This document shows, one piece after another, positions 19,501 to 27,574 of a stretch of DNA of 64,000 nt. How positions within the stretch are numbered: position 1 is the first letter of the stretch; each line of letters begins with the position of its first letter. Source of the stretch: a virus. The notes beneath the pieces are model-generated. The model did no database searches and was not told where the DNA came from. It saw nothing but the letters and a program-made list of their open reading frames with translations. The translations under genes and the position numbers were made by a program. The DNA lies in IMG/VR virus record IMGVR_UViG_3300042486_001390, positions 1 through 64,000 of that record; one strand, given 5' to 3'.

Positions 19501-22500
19501 GCGATTGTATTGGTCTGGTGTAAAGCTAGACAAAGGATTTGTTATTATCTCGCTTGGATTTCTCCAAAAAGCACCAGAGTCACCTCTAGTAAATGTTGAT
19601 CGGTTGGCAATTTTTGCTATATCGAGCATTATTTCAGCATCGCCATAGTAATCATTTCCTTTGATCGGTTCGGAAAAAGAGTTAATTGCGCTATAAGCAA
19701 CAGGTTCCTTGAAAACTTGTTTTTCAAAATCAAATCTGTCTCTTCTTAAACTCCATTGATTAAAAGTAGGGTCTATTCCTTGTGTTAAAATAGCTTGGAG
19801 ATTTGCAAAAGCTGTTTTATGTCCAGCGTAAAAATTAGATAATTGCTTAAGTCTAATACTAGCAGAAGCTAACGCATTTTCCGATGGCAAGCTTGATTCA
19901 ATTAATCGTGTAGGGGTAGGATAAGAAATAATATCATTTTTTGGGGGTTCAACAGGAGTAAAAGTTTTTGATAGAGGGAATTTGCTTAATTTTTTTTCTA
20001 GTAGCCCGTCAATTGGTTTACCTTCCCACCCCATCATTTTCGCTTCAACAGCTAAATCTTTTAAGTTAGGAATATTTACATCAAAATAAGATTGAATAAT
20101 TTTTTCAATATCGCCAAGTGATAAACCTGATTCAAATCCTTTAACAACTTCATTAGCTAAACTCCGAAAATCAAAAGAAGAAATTCCTTTTTCTATTCCA
20201 ATTGCCACACCTTTAATTAGGTTTTCTCCCGCTTCTTCCCCCTTCCAAGATGGTGAAGCATTTCCCAGCCCTTTATCAATTTGATCTACTATTTTAAGAG
20301 CGTTCTGGTAGGCGATGTCGCTTGCGCTAGTATCCTTTAATCCTTTTTCTAAACCTTCATTAAGGTTCTTACCTGACTCCAAACCACCTTTAGCTAATTG
20401 AGGTACAATCTGTTTTAATTTGTCGTAAACAGCATCAGTAGCAGCTTTTGCTGTCATACCTTGCTCTTTAACTAATGTAATTGCTTCATTAATAATGCTT
20501 GAAACTGGACTAGCTGTATTTTTAAGTTGATCAAAAACCCTTAATGCTTGTTCTGCTTGATCTGCAATTGCTTTATTTTCTTCTATGTTAATTTGATTAC
20601 CCGCAGTTTGTAGTTTTGCGGCTTTTTTATCAGAAGTTAAAGAGCCAAATACCTGTTTATCGGCTACTATACGATTTCTTAATGCAGACTGTACCTCAGC
20701 GCGAGTTAAAGTATCTGTTTGCTGTGTCGTGGATAATCCAAATAAATCAAATTGTTCTACAGTATCAACTGTACTAGCGTTCAACGTATCAATTAACTCT
20801 GAAACTACTGATTCGGTTACTTTCTTTCCTTTTTTCTCGAAATTTTCAATTAATTTAACTAACTCTCTTTGCTGAAATTCCTTAAGTCCACTGCCGCCAA
20901 TCTGAACACCCCTAAGTTCAGGTATATCTCCACTGGCGACACGATCAAACAACTCCTGTGGTAATTGAGCTAACGCAAGTCCTTGAGAAGCTACTCGATC
21001 TCGCATCGGTATGCCAGCTTTTTTAAGCGATTCTTTGTCAGCTAGATTCATGTCTCGCAAAAACTTGGCTGCATCTATAGCTGTACCGCGTCCTTCTGCA
21101 ATATTAATCATTGCCCCTTTAGCCCTAGCTTCTTGGGCTGACTGAGCATTTAACAATCGGACGGTAATATCTTTGACGTTTAAATCTTTGGCTAAATTAA
21201 GTCTATTATGTCCATTAACTACATAAACTTTCCCGTCTTTAGGATCGCGCCAAACACTGACAACTCCCGCTAAATCATCATCCCATCTACCAACACCAGA
21301 TAAAGAACCAGTCGATCCAGTTTTGCCGTGTACAAGTTTATACTGGAATCGTTCTGGATCAAGATTTAAGTCTGAGATCGGAAGTTTTCCTACCCAGCCA
21401 GGGGAAGTCGGGCTATTTTCTTGAGGAACCCTTTTTAACGGATTCGGAGTTTCAGTAACGCGTAAAGGAATATTCTCAGTCTGTAGATTGCTTGTAGATG
21501 CAGGTAAAAGAATATTCTTGGATTGTATCTGACTTTTGGCATTAAGTAACAGATTGTCAATTAAGGTTACAAAGCCGATTAAAGATTTATTAATACTTGT
21601 CGTATCAAATTCAGGGTTAGCTCTTATTGATGCAATACCCGTTTTAATTTTTTCTAATTGAGAGAAAAGGGTCTTTAAAGATTGAATATCTTTATTAGTA
21701 TTAATTTGTTGGGTGATGCTTTGTATGCCACTGCCAATTGTTTTAATAAAATCAGCGGAAATTTTTCTTGTTTCAACTTGGAATCCACTAAGTTCTTTTT
21801 TCCCTAATTTTGTTCTATCACTTGCTTTTGTTGTTAGTAAAAGTCGAGTTAGTTGGTCAGGGTTAAATTTTTCAGTTAACGATTTCCATATTTCCTCTTT
21901 TCTGGCTCCTGCTCCTGATGCTGGTACGTCAATTCCTTGATCCCTGGCCAACCCTCGTAATTGTTTTACCGTGTAATATTCTGGGTTAATTGCCTTGATG
22001 TTAGCTGGAATAGGGTTGCTTGCTGGGAAGACCCTCTCATCGAAATATGGAGTTATTTCAGTGGTAATCAGAGAATCAGCTTTATTCTTTGCCGCTTTTA
22101 ATACTTTCTGGGTTTTACCCTCAATTTTTTGCTGTTCTTCTTTGCTAATTAATTTAGGGACATTACTGGTAGCCGCTCCCAAGAGCTTCTTAACACCTTC
22201 ACCGGCCATTAACGCCGATCCAGCAACTGCTCCCCCCTGCGATAGGACGCTGATAGTGCCGTTAGTTATTTCGGTTACAAGCTGCACTACTGCTTCCGTT
22301 AGCTGTTGCCCCACTCCAAACGGCAAGCCGCTAAAAGCTTGAGTCATTTGTGTGGCTACAGATTGGATCATTTCCCGACCGCCGGCACTCATCGCCCCTG
22401 CAAGAATATCTCGCATAGTATTGACAACCGTGGCATCTAGCCCCATCGGGAGAGCGTGGAGAGCGGCCGCACCCATAGCAGCCGTTCCCCCTACCTGAAT

Positions 22501-25500
22501 AGCTTTTTTACCTATTGCAGCACCAGGTAAAGCCATTACTGGACGCTCTAAAGCTTGCATTACCGCATAAACGACTTGACCAAATTTAACAACGTCAAGA
22601 GATGTGTCTCGGAAAGCTTTTGAAAGTAGAAGGCTTGCTGTTTTTAATTCTCTTACAAGAGTTAATTGTAGTAATTCTGCAAAATCTTCATTCCCGCTAA
22701 GGTACTGAATTTCTCCCGATTTATCAGGAGTACCAAGTCGTGAAGCTAAAACATCTTCTAATTTTGATTTAGCTGCTACAGCTAAATCATTAAGTTTTTG
22801 TGGTTGATTATCTAGAATTGGTTGTTCTTTTTTTTGTTCGGGAGTATCTATTTTTGCGAAAACAGTTTCTTTAGTAGGCAAAGAAAAATCACTAACGATT
22901 TGCTTTAATAAAGTTGGTGTATATGAACCTAATGGAATTGCTTCTCCTGTTACTACAGGAGAAAGAAGAGTCTCGTTAATTTCTCTTTTCTGAGGGATAA
23001 TGGCTGATTTTTGTCTGGCATTAGAATCAGAAACTTGAGTAGCAAAAGGTTTTGAGTAGCCAGATTGAATTGCGCCTATTATTTTAAGAGGATCCATCAA
23101 TCCGTAATAGTTAGAATCAATGATTGCTCGCTGAATAGTAGTAATTCTATCGTTAAATTTATCACTGCTAGTCGGATCAACTTTTGCATTTCCGAGATCA
23201 ATTGAAGTAATTCCACCTCGTGCAAAAAATACATTTGCTGCAGCTAAATCATTATGAACAACACCCATTTCCTGTAAAGATGCTCCAAGTTGTCCTACTT
23301 GTCGATATAGAATAGATGCAGCTTTATTAAAACGATTGTGTTCTTTTTTAGCAGATGATTGTAATTCTTTGGTTAATACTTTTAGCTCTTCGATTTTAGT
23401 CGCATCTTTGTTGTCTATAGCTAACTCTAATGCTTTATTAGCTTCCTGTATTTTTTGCTGAATTTCTTTGTAAGGACGTGCAATTCGATCAAGTATTTCT
23501 TTTAAAGGACGACCTTGTGTTCTTTCAGTAATTAAAGCCTGACCTGGAACTGCTTTGTACAATAAAGGAGACAAACGACCTTGTAATTTCTCATAAGCCT
23601 TAATTTCATTTTCTGACGCAATTTTTGTCGCTCCTATTGGGTCAAGATCAGTTTTATAAACAAGATTATCTGAAAGAAGAGCAACGGCTCCAAGAAATCC
23701 TGTACCAATTTTTTTGATTTCAGAAATACCAGGAAGAATTTCTTTACCTACGGCATCAAGAAGTTTGTTGTAAGCTAAAATAGCTGATTGCTTTTTTAGA
23801 AAAATTTCAGGAACAGCAACCTGTAATTGTCTTATTTCTTCTTCTTTTGGTAGTGTTGATGTGTCAAGGCGTGTATTTAGAAAACTTGTTAATTCTCCAG
23901 AAAACTCATCAACTTCAAAAGTTTTTATACTGTCTTTGGTTTTTTGCGATAGTTTTCCTCCTGTCTTAATAAATTCATCAGCAACATCAGCTATTTTTTT
24001 GTATGCTTCAACAATTTTTTTTGTGTAAGTTTGCCCAAACGTACTTTCTTCAGAAGTAAACCACGGTATTGTTTCGGTTCTAATCTTTTCTGTCCGTCTT
24101 TTAACTTCGTTAGGCTCTAAATTTCCGGCATACCAGCTAGGAATATTAGCAAGTTTTCCTGATTTAAATTCTAATAATGCGCTGTTTATACTTTTTGCTT
24201 CTTGTTGATACTTTTGATACCCAGCAAAATCTTGAGGATTTTCTGGTAAATTTGCACCCCCTTGTCTAAATTTTTCAGCTATAAATGGAACTAAAGGTTC
24301 CATTAAACTTTTTAAAGCTTGTGACACAGGCTGTAATTCTTTTGTATCAAAAGAAGATATAAGACGAAGCCCTTCGAAAAACTTTGCAATAAATCCTTCT
24401 ACGCTTACGTTAGGACTGCCACTGCTGTATCCTTGCAAGAATCTATGATAAGGTAGAGTCTTATCAAATTCCCCTGTTTCTTTAAGTGACTTTAATTGTA
24501 GAGTCGATCCCAATACTTCATATAGCTTATCGCCTGCATGAACAACTTTTGATTGTTGACCTGGGGTTATATCTGGCTGTTCAGCATTAATAGTCTTATA
24601 AAATAAATCTAGAAAAGGTTGTTTTTTAAATAAATGTTTTTGGTGGTGATTTGATAGCCCAAAAGGAGTATCACTTTCAATTGAGTGGAATTGGTTAGTA
24701 TTGACTCCAATTCCTAATAACTTGGCAAACCCGAGAGGGTCTCCACTTAGCAACGCTGCATTAAATCCTTTAGGTGTATTTTGAGTAAAATTAAGAAAGG
24801 GATAAGCCATGGCTAATGCGCGTGGCTGCATTCCCAAATATGCTGCTGTTTGACTATACTGAAGGTTATCTGCTCCTCCTAAAGAATAGCTAACAACGCT
24901 GCCTTTTTTACCCTGTTCTTCAGCTAATCTGGTATTGGCTATTGCTTGCGCTGCGGCTGTAGAATAACCAAACGGGTTAATAGCGTTTACTACCTGCCGA
25001 AAAGCGTTAATTGCTGTATCTATGGTTTCTCCAGCAGCAAAATCAGGGGCAATCTCAGCTATTTTATCCCTAATCATTTTTTCTAAAAGATTAGGGTTTT
25101 GTTTATCAGTATCAGTTTCAGGATTTTCTACAGGAATAAATCGTTTATTAGGAGCTAATAATTCAATTGATTGAGTAACTTGTCTGCCACCCTGACCTCC
25201 CTTAAATTGCGCTCCTCCAATGACACTAACTACATCTTCCCCCTCTCTTAGTAATGGAAAACCTGCTTTTCTTTCGTTGTAATATTTTTGGCTTTCTACT
25301 GATGTTCTATAAGACCTCATCCCTTGTATAAATTTTAATAAAGGAGCCATTTCTTGAATAAAAGAATTAACAAATCCTTTTAATACTTGTGTTTGTGGCT
25401 GTGCGTCAACTAAAAACTGAGCTATGGCTTTTTTCCCCGCTTCTCGCGGCTTGATACCAGGATTTTCCGATTCTATTTTTTGTAATACTTGTTGATAAAT

Positions 25501-26343
25501 TTTATTTAACTCAGAATTTTCTTTAATTAATCTCAGACGCTCCAGTGGTTTATTTGCAGGCACTAATGCGATTTCTTGTAATTTTTGAAGCCTTTCTGTA
25601 GTTTTACCTACTTCGGTGCGAGGAAAAGAAGCTTGTGTAGCTTTTTTTATACTTCCTGACCTGAAAAATTCTGATAAAAACGTTTCATATACTTGGTTTT
25701 TACCAATTAATTGTTCATCAATTTTTGTTATTGCGGATTTAATTTTTTTAGCTGTATTTTTAGCTGATGTTACGCCTATCTCTTCTGCAAAGGATTGACC
25801 TAGTTTCTCGAAATAACCAGTAACCATGTCATCAAGAACTCGTCCCGCAAGTTTAAAAGGAGACATTAAAATGCGGCCAATTGCGCCTGCAACACCTCCT
25901 TTGCTAGAGGATATCCTAATTTCTGACGATATCCGAGAAGTAGATCGATCAATCGCTTTCTCTACTCGATCTTGATACCCAGAAAACCGATGCTCAACAA
26001 CAATTTTAGAGGGTGTTCTTATCTCTACTGATATTTTTTTTAATTCACGCAACTCTTGGTTAAGAGAAACTAATGCGTCATCTTCAGCAAATACTTTAAT
26101 AGGATTTGCTTTGTAAAAATCAACTGTTTTCTTGAGGTCAACTCTTTTTAAAAGTAAATGACTATTTAGCCCATAAAGCTGACGGTCATCGACGCTAACT
26201 TTAATTTTTAGTGGAGTCGTGCCAAGTTTAGTAACACGACGCTCTAGGGAAGAAAGCTGGTCTTTAGCCGATTTAATACCGCTATCATATTGGGCTGTAT
26301 TTAGCCCTAGACCGATTTCTAAAGTACCAAGTGATAAAGGCAT
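10480..26343 (-). CDS. Giant multi-domain tail tape measure protein (~5,287 aa)
   Basis: Likely start MPLSLGTLEIGLGLN at 26343 (TAATG overlap with the chaperone gene); tape-measure core (QIASKAVVSVEE), coiled coils, lysozyme and SxxK domains, C-terminal YANGGFVG; lies between chaperones and NlpC. Confidence 0.9.
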   Translation of the reverse strand: MPLSLGTLEIGLGLNTAQYDSGIKSAKDQLSSLERRVTKLGTTPLKIKVSVDDRQLYGLNSHLLLKRVDLKKTVDFYKANPIKVFAEDDALVSLNQELRELKKISVEIRTPSKIVVEHRFSGYQDRVEKAIDRSTSRISSEIRISSSKGGVAGAIGRILMSPFKLAGRVLDDMVTGYFEKLGQSFAEEIGVTSAKNTAKKIKSAITKIDEQLIGKNQVYETFLSEFFRSGSIKKATQASFPRTEVGKTTERLQKLQEIALVPANKPLERLRLIKENSELNKIYQQVLQKIESENPGIKPREAGKKAIAQFLVDAQPQTQVLKGFVNSFIQEMAPLLKFIQGMRSYRTSVESQKYYNERKAGFPLLREGEDVVSVIGGAQFKGGQGGRQVTQSIELLAPNKRFIPVENPETDTDKQNPNLLEKMIRDKIAEIAPDFAAGETIDTAINAFRQVVNAINPFGYSTAAAQAIANTRLAEEQGKKGSVVSYSLGGADNLQYSQTAAYLGMQPRALAMAYPFLNFTQNTPKGFNAALLSGDPLGFAKLLGIGVNTNQFHSIESDTPFGLSNHHQKHLFKKQPFLDLFYKTINAEQPDITPGQQSKVVHAGDKLYEVLGSTLQLKSLKETGEFDKTLPYHRFLQGYSSGSPNVSVEGFIAKFFEGLRLISSFDTKELQPVSQALKSLMEPLVPFIAEKFRQGGANLPENPQDFAGYQKYQQEAKSINSALLEFKSGKLANIPSWYAGNLEPNEVKRRTEKIRTETIPWFTSEESTFGQTYTKKIVEAYKKIADVADEFIKTGGKLSQKTKDSIKTFEVDEFSGELTSFLNTRLDTSTLPKEEEIRQLQVAVPEIFLKKQSAILAYNKLLDAVGKEILPGISEIKKIGTGFLGAVALLSDNLVYKTDLDPIGATKIASENEIKAYEKLQGRLSPLLYKAVPGQALITERTQGRPLKEILDRIARPYKEIQQKIQEANKALELAIDNKDATKIEELKVLTKELQSSAKKEHNRFNKAASILYRQVGQLGASLQEMGVVHNDLAAANVFFARGGITSIDLGNAKVDPTSSDKFNDRITTIQRAIIDSNYYGLMDPLKIIGAIQSGYSKPFATQVSDSNARQKSAIIPQKREINETLLSPVVTGEAIPLGSYTPTLLKQIVSDFSLPTKETVFAKIDTPEQKKEQPILDNQPQKLNDLAVAAKSKLEDVLASRLGTPDKSGEIQYLSGNEDFAELLQLTLVRELKTASLLLSKAFRDTSLDVVKFGQVVYAVMQALERPVMALPGAAIGKKAIQVGGTAAMGAAALHALPMGLDATVVNTMRDILAGAMSAGGREMIQSVATQMTQAFSGLPFGVGQQLTEAVVQLVTEITNGTISVLSQGGAVAGSALMAGEGVKKLLGAATSNVPKLISKEEQQKIEGKTQKVLKAAKNKADSLITTEITPYFDERVFPASNPIPANIKAINPEYYTVKQLRGLARDQGIDVPASGAGARKEEIWKSLTEKFNPDQLTRLLLTTKASDRTKLGKKELSGFQVETRKISADFIKTIGSGIQSITQQINTNKDIQSLKTLFSQLEKIKTGIASIRANPEFDTTSINKSLIGFVTLIDNLLLNAKSQIQSKNILLPASTSNLQTENIPLRVTETPNPLKRVPQENSPTSPGWVGKLPISDLNLDPERFQYKLVHGKTGSTGSLSGVGRWDDDLAGVVSVWRDPKDGKVYVVNGHNRLNLAKDLNVKDITVRLLNAQSAQEARAKGAMINIAEGRGTAIDAAKFLRDMNLADKESLKKAGIPMRDRVASQGLALAQLPQELFDRVASGDIPELRGVQIGGSGLKEFQQRELVKLIENFEKKGKKVTESVVSELIDTLNASTVDTVEQFDLFGLSTTQQTDTLTRAEVQSALRNRIVADKQVFGSLTSDKKAAKLQTAGNQINIEENKAIADQAEQALRVFDQLKNTASPVSSIINEAITLVKEQGMTAKAATDAVYDKLKQIVPQLAKGGLESGKNLNEGLEKGLKDTSASDIAYQNALKIVDQIDKGLGNASPSWKGEEAGENLIKGVAIGIEKGISSFDFRSLANEVVKGFESGLSLGDIEKIIQSYFDVNIPNLKDLAVEAKMMGWEGKPIDGLLEKKLSKFPLSKTFTPVEPPKNDIISYPTPTRLIESSLPSENALASASIRLKQLSNFYAGHKTAFANLQAILTQGIDPTFNQWSLRRDRFDFEKQVFKEPVAYSAINSFSEPIKGNDYYGDAEIMLDIAKIANRSTFTRGDSGAFWRNPSEIITNPLSSFTPDQYNRRPNEILEYLEVQTTGKIDPSDFLGINLGDIEEKYNIYGRKLIEVIASSLSAGVPVFAKNLEAISSMFSSDGKQSGLNYIKGLNIGLQNNNSEKYALDVAIGIIDATNKGLGNASPSWKGKEAGENLIKGVENGIKKKENQLTNKIKELTTKVVKELQKGLSNSAAKGLLATLAIASSGMPVNAQQFIQTESFKGVTMNPATTGVEVVKQVDVDKKAFQDKQAIAYSSGPMFDKFFLQDKNQQVNMIADVVQRGQVLQLSRNRAAAEERGFIGINKQGNLKFGYGGAKSNKLTNYDTFIGGLHVLYNDEVQQPANYKGGYHSSLKQQLAYEIPRPRVFFGKTKEGNLTVMESQKDMTPQQLEKYTRSMGFAAVMLPDHGNMARLTVPDKSLSRILPQSLGGTGKSTPYQLRFFERPQIESNQAKLSESSSVVTPPVEKEKNLSTSNVFDAVADRELPISLQLTANEILPVKHISRKVESADKALTNDLLEFIGNYGLTVASLLSLLGITGKVASKLKKASQRQKPLEAIPIIENIPQPKQPNNTNLSRIIDVEFSVIEKKLPLYTPSPIPDPWKDVHEIVRPIPPKPIFNSYEAIARKQVEIDDQILLNIKSQLQKVEEKVKTFKTPKITSSVQSQTSSGGMPPVPPINRPVASPDPWENIGSSGQPPNPPINRPVASPDPEPEPNKQVKSASEMAKEYLEDIKKARQLLEKQQQILEQRKKLLSEALPKQSTREEILDDWNKKRDNIFNALDSIEKAGVSSGFTDGIVTGLKAVIAQADGFINFLSVGGKALRTLDQELNAATGGMISLGKSAMAVIGGFALFKGAEFLLRPLFFAIDDIPFRIQQAVTDSLLAFTELQRIKLNLNLAGVGNVEQSLDALVARADKLGISFKESAIAYSRFKLITTDSPLQAQADNIFEGFQEALAARQTNAQQQAESFRAIGQIASKAVVSVEEFTQQLSESGGLNDALNVAARSIGLTTAQFYQQASAGNLLAQDVLPRLAAEYKRMSAGGLSLSTGTLQSEISRFQNNTEQLQMQLGEKIGVVAYPALQALNAGLSTLNDNLGTVASVGAAGLLSVMGFLGKSVMQFAAAGRLGAVASAAMSASLQAAGVASLSTATAMGKLKVSINLATLAGIGLIKALAIPTAVITGIQFVYNALNAGSEELKQAVRTLEESKKALDVWQNKTDNSNRKGLTSFLPDMELSGGEKFFNVLTLGLVYNSKWLMSLLELRQGLENIDKSLATGVGNLKEYQDTLSNFSGSKQFSSELQEIRNNLALVRAERTIASAKGNDRSVAEFNQREQDLMKQEQELINKQLGPVGSRITADLQQYEIALASLEQSFKNKDITDIAYKQRKIDLLTIIGQLKKAEQDYLQVLKDQEKEYRKLQVAFDLAIRTRANANFANEGNSLSRSIGLNQQFASGKINEFQFNVEVQEESLQTAKERIATLGNSANSISNILNERLSESANKVLSTYFKEDLKQLNVASFGEAIAENLLSPDAIQQIMDQYESDLKDNAALRAILNQAKEYATARRDILNTEREIQQISREIIVERKKRQIQEKQASGEIVKAEQLTNLANKTSSSQNISYGLEQTKINLAALYNQLALEQEKLVLNVDDPLAVKTAIANITQQIAETELSLRDQQEQIQDYYRNLDRQIIDFNRQIEDYRRQIEDAQLSAFKENRSLSESYSDLVRELDKNLLNAQNQLLDTTDRIRVQQVKNRLLIPGTSDAGKELGEIFLEFVQGQADLASRGRTFQSRTEEIETSYISTLRNIRNLQEQQQDAERNRLRTIEDIKRTQENLNRTLADLIRQTNKELGFIPQSIKDIVTNLNTLPEPIKLINSELVAIPPNIKTSGEDLVKSIEETAEAIRKAKEGIILPAPSNFTPAPVWNGGGFLPPTPPQSSSIPKGLTPRGQELSQHLNNPRVKAFLDVIAYAEGTAKMPNQGYNTLFGHGQFSSFADHPRRRIPFGSTTSSASGRYQIMDFTWDEEKAKLGLKDFSSFSQDLVALSRILMRGGLDELLKGDIPGAINATRTEWASFPGANYPGQGMKRMEDLLKVYDQSLRKYQPNAPRTQSELDALRYDGNPANSGASNRIRQIRRNQGGSPTPSTSTPNPSPSVQQQITNRLPKNIQSVLVQEVGGKTVYSKNAQTPPASPASTIKVIIADLIAKEITSGKLSLKDAIAIKLPLVDPHGQLKANQVRTVEQLIQLMLEKSDNTATNVLIDQLGGLTRATELAKKEGYKNTTISRYLNIPGSGTPNISTAQDVTLAMQSLIKNQDPASQLAEQSLRQTRNFKYNNEIGGKIGNNSKVIGNVGLVNINGKEYIVTAYANINGNQLNNRTIITNATNAISQSIKDSTPNPSPVPLPTSVPVLQPPRVLTKEETKEGKGGPEFSSPPPIAQLPTLPNQNQDNFWDADLPPVPKDNPINFQSPNLPPVPNLPTGNLDAAADQIRNAETANQNADELLRRLEEQQNLNNALDRSIKFRQQQEEEARNLNRTIRDASESVTDLTINSKGYLTVQEEINKSATEVSRQYRSQIESLQDQRRTLLLNADAQKKYSDAIKEILGEFQEKGIALPPEFVKEMTDSIEVLAKNAELAKERVRILDQAIEQLGKNQGVATLEASFRKTRDTVRSIRDRLNDLTVQRMQLEFQSRPTLFDDSAIFAERISLQKEKEELEDYLEPYKDLPQYAEYVANIRSEWEKLAELRLERAELDASPNRGAAESFFSDIREGKGIGSAFSSLGLNIATKFVEGITKPAIDALTSAIDGFTKPITQAFESVFNAIIGPVGNFFTNALNSIFKPVGNIFSSIFGGGGGGGLFNGLLSGITGIFSGGLGGLGSIGSLGSIGASSFASAPASAFSLGTGFSLFSDGGKVGDANAPIEKNIISAFQRERAMSGGRKPRLIVANEGELVLTPKETEAYLDYRNNAPIKNYANGGFVGGKPNYSTTSNNNNSNQSLVINNTNNVTVESRNDMGYSLNQLKERENTQNERTKKRFFG

Positions 26344-26705
26344 TAGCTTTTCTCCCCTACTAATTGAATTATTTCGTCGTATAGTCCGCAATCGACTATT
26401 ATCTGAGTGGCGAAGACTGGCACTTGGCCAGCTTGCATAGCTTTTAACAGAATTTGAGCGGTTTCTTGATCAAGAAAATATTTTTTATTTTCTTTAAACC
26501 GGAAAGGAAGAAAATCACTGGGTTTTGGAGGTTGAGACTGTGATTTTTCTTTTGATTGAGCCATTAAGTAAATGTTAACCATGGCGGCAATCTGACTGAC
26601 TGTGTCTGATAGTGAATTAATCTCTTCACATTTGACTTTTTGAATCCCTGAATATTTTTTCAGGATTAACCAGTCTGGCCACTCTTCCCACTCTTCGATA
26701 GGCAA
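26343..26705 (-). CDS. Tail assembly chaperone, frameshift-extended part (lambda gpT-like)
   Basis: Frame stays open upstream to about 26803, across an A-AAA-AAC slippery site at the end of the upstream gene. Confidence 0.75.
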   Translation of the reverse strand: MPIEEWEEWPDWLILKKYSGIQKVKCEEINSLSDTVSQIAAMVNIYLMAQSKEKSQSQPPKPSDFLPFRFKENKKYFLDQETAQILLKAMQAGQVPVFATQIIVDCGLYDEIIQLVGEKS

Positions 26706-26788
26706 TCCCCATGCACACCATTTGTAATAGATTTCTTCCCAATTAATGGGGTTAGCGATTGCCTCTAACCGCGCATTAATTGCGTTAT

Positions 26789-27574
26789 CTATTCGTTTTT
26801 TTCGTCATCCTCCGTTGGCTCTGATTCTGGTTTTTCAGGCTCTGGTTTCTCAGTTTCTGGGTTTTGCCACTGGGTTATGTCTTGCCAGAGATAGTCTTGA
26901 TAGAGTCTCACTACCATAAATTGAGACAGATCATTAATGTCTTGTATGGTGAAATCAACAGAAGACTTATCCTTGAGCTTAACTACGCGGCGAGGGCTTC
27001 CAAGAAAGTTAGCTAATAAGGCTTTATTGTAAGTTTCATAGGTTGTTTCCCGATCCTTAAATAAAGCGTTTAATTCATCGAGATAAGGCTCTACAAGTTC
27101 TATAGATTCTCTTGTTAGTTCTCTTGTTTTTTTGCGATTATTTAAAATTGATTGCTGCACGATAGCGGCGGTTTCTACTTTTTGTTCTACGCTGTCAGAT
27201 TTTACGCCGTCAAGGGCATCAACCATGACCTGTTCAATTCGTTCTCGGATCGAACCGTCGTTAACTACTACTCCTTCAATTTCAGCAGTGGATAACCCTG
27301 TTTTTTGCCCGATGGCTTTAATTTTTTCAAGATAAGCTTTGTCAGCTTTTTCCCGTGCCTCTAAATATTCCTTAACCGACTCGTTTTCTCTTGGATTAAT
27401 TCCGTATCGTTTTAAAAACTTAATCCCAATTTCCCCATTTTCTTCAGTGGCAATTGTATCTATCTTTTCCAGTAAAGTATCGTTGTCTTCGATATAATAA
27501 AGCCACTCTTTTTTTAAAGGGAAAAAGAATGTTTCATTAAATTTCAATTTGCCTAATACGCTTAACTTCGCCAT
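26789..27574 (-). CDS. Tail assembly chaperone (lambda gpG-like)
   Basis: Position between the tail tube and TMP genes; acidic; ends in GAA AAA AAC GAA TAG. Confidence 0.7.
   Translation of the reverse strand: MAKLSVLGKLKFNETFFFPLKKEWLYYIEDNDTLLEKIDTIATEENGEIGIKFLKRYGINPRENESVKEYLEAREKADKAYLEKIKAIGQKTGLSTAEIEGVVVNDGSIRERIEQVMVDALDGVKSDSVEQKVETAAIVQQSILNNRKKTRELTRESIELVEPYLDELNALFKDRETTYETYNKALLANFLGSPRRVVKLKDKSSVDFTIQDINDLSQFMVVRLYQDYLWQDITQWQNPETEKPEPEKPESEPTEDDEKNE
26795..26801 (-). other. Programmed -1 frameshift slippery heptamer A AAA AAC
   Basis: X XXY YYZ in the correct phase; the -1 frame reads EKKRIDNAINARLEAIANPINWEEIYYKWCAWGLPIEEW into ORF 26343-26705. Confidence 0.8.

Noticed and set aside
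26344-26391. TMP start at 26391 as given in the ORF track
   Set aside because: It overlaps the chaperone gene; the ATG at 26343 with TAATG coupling is more plausible
10820-26440. Many short plus-strand ORFs within the TMP gene
   Set aside because: Antisense shadows of a long coding frame with no recognisable motifs
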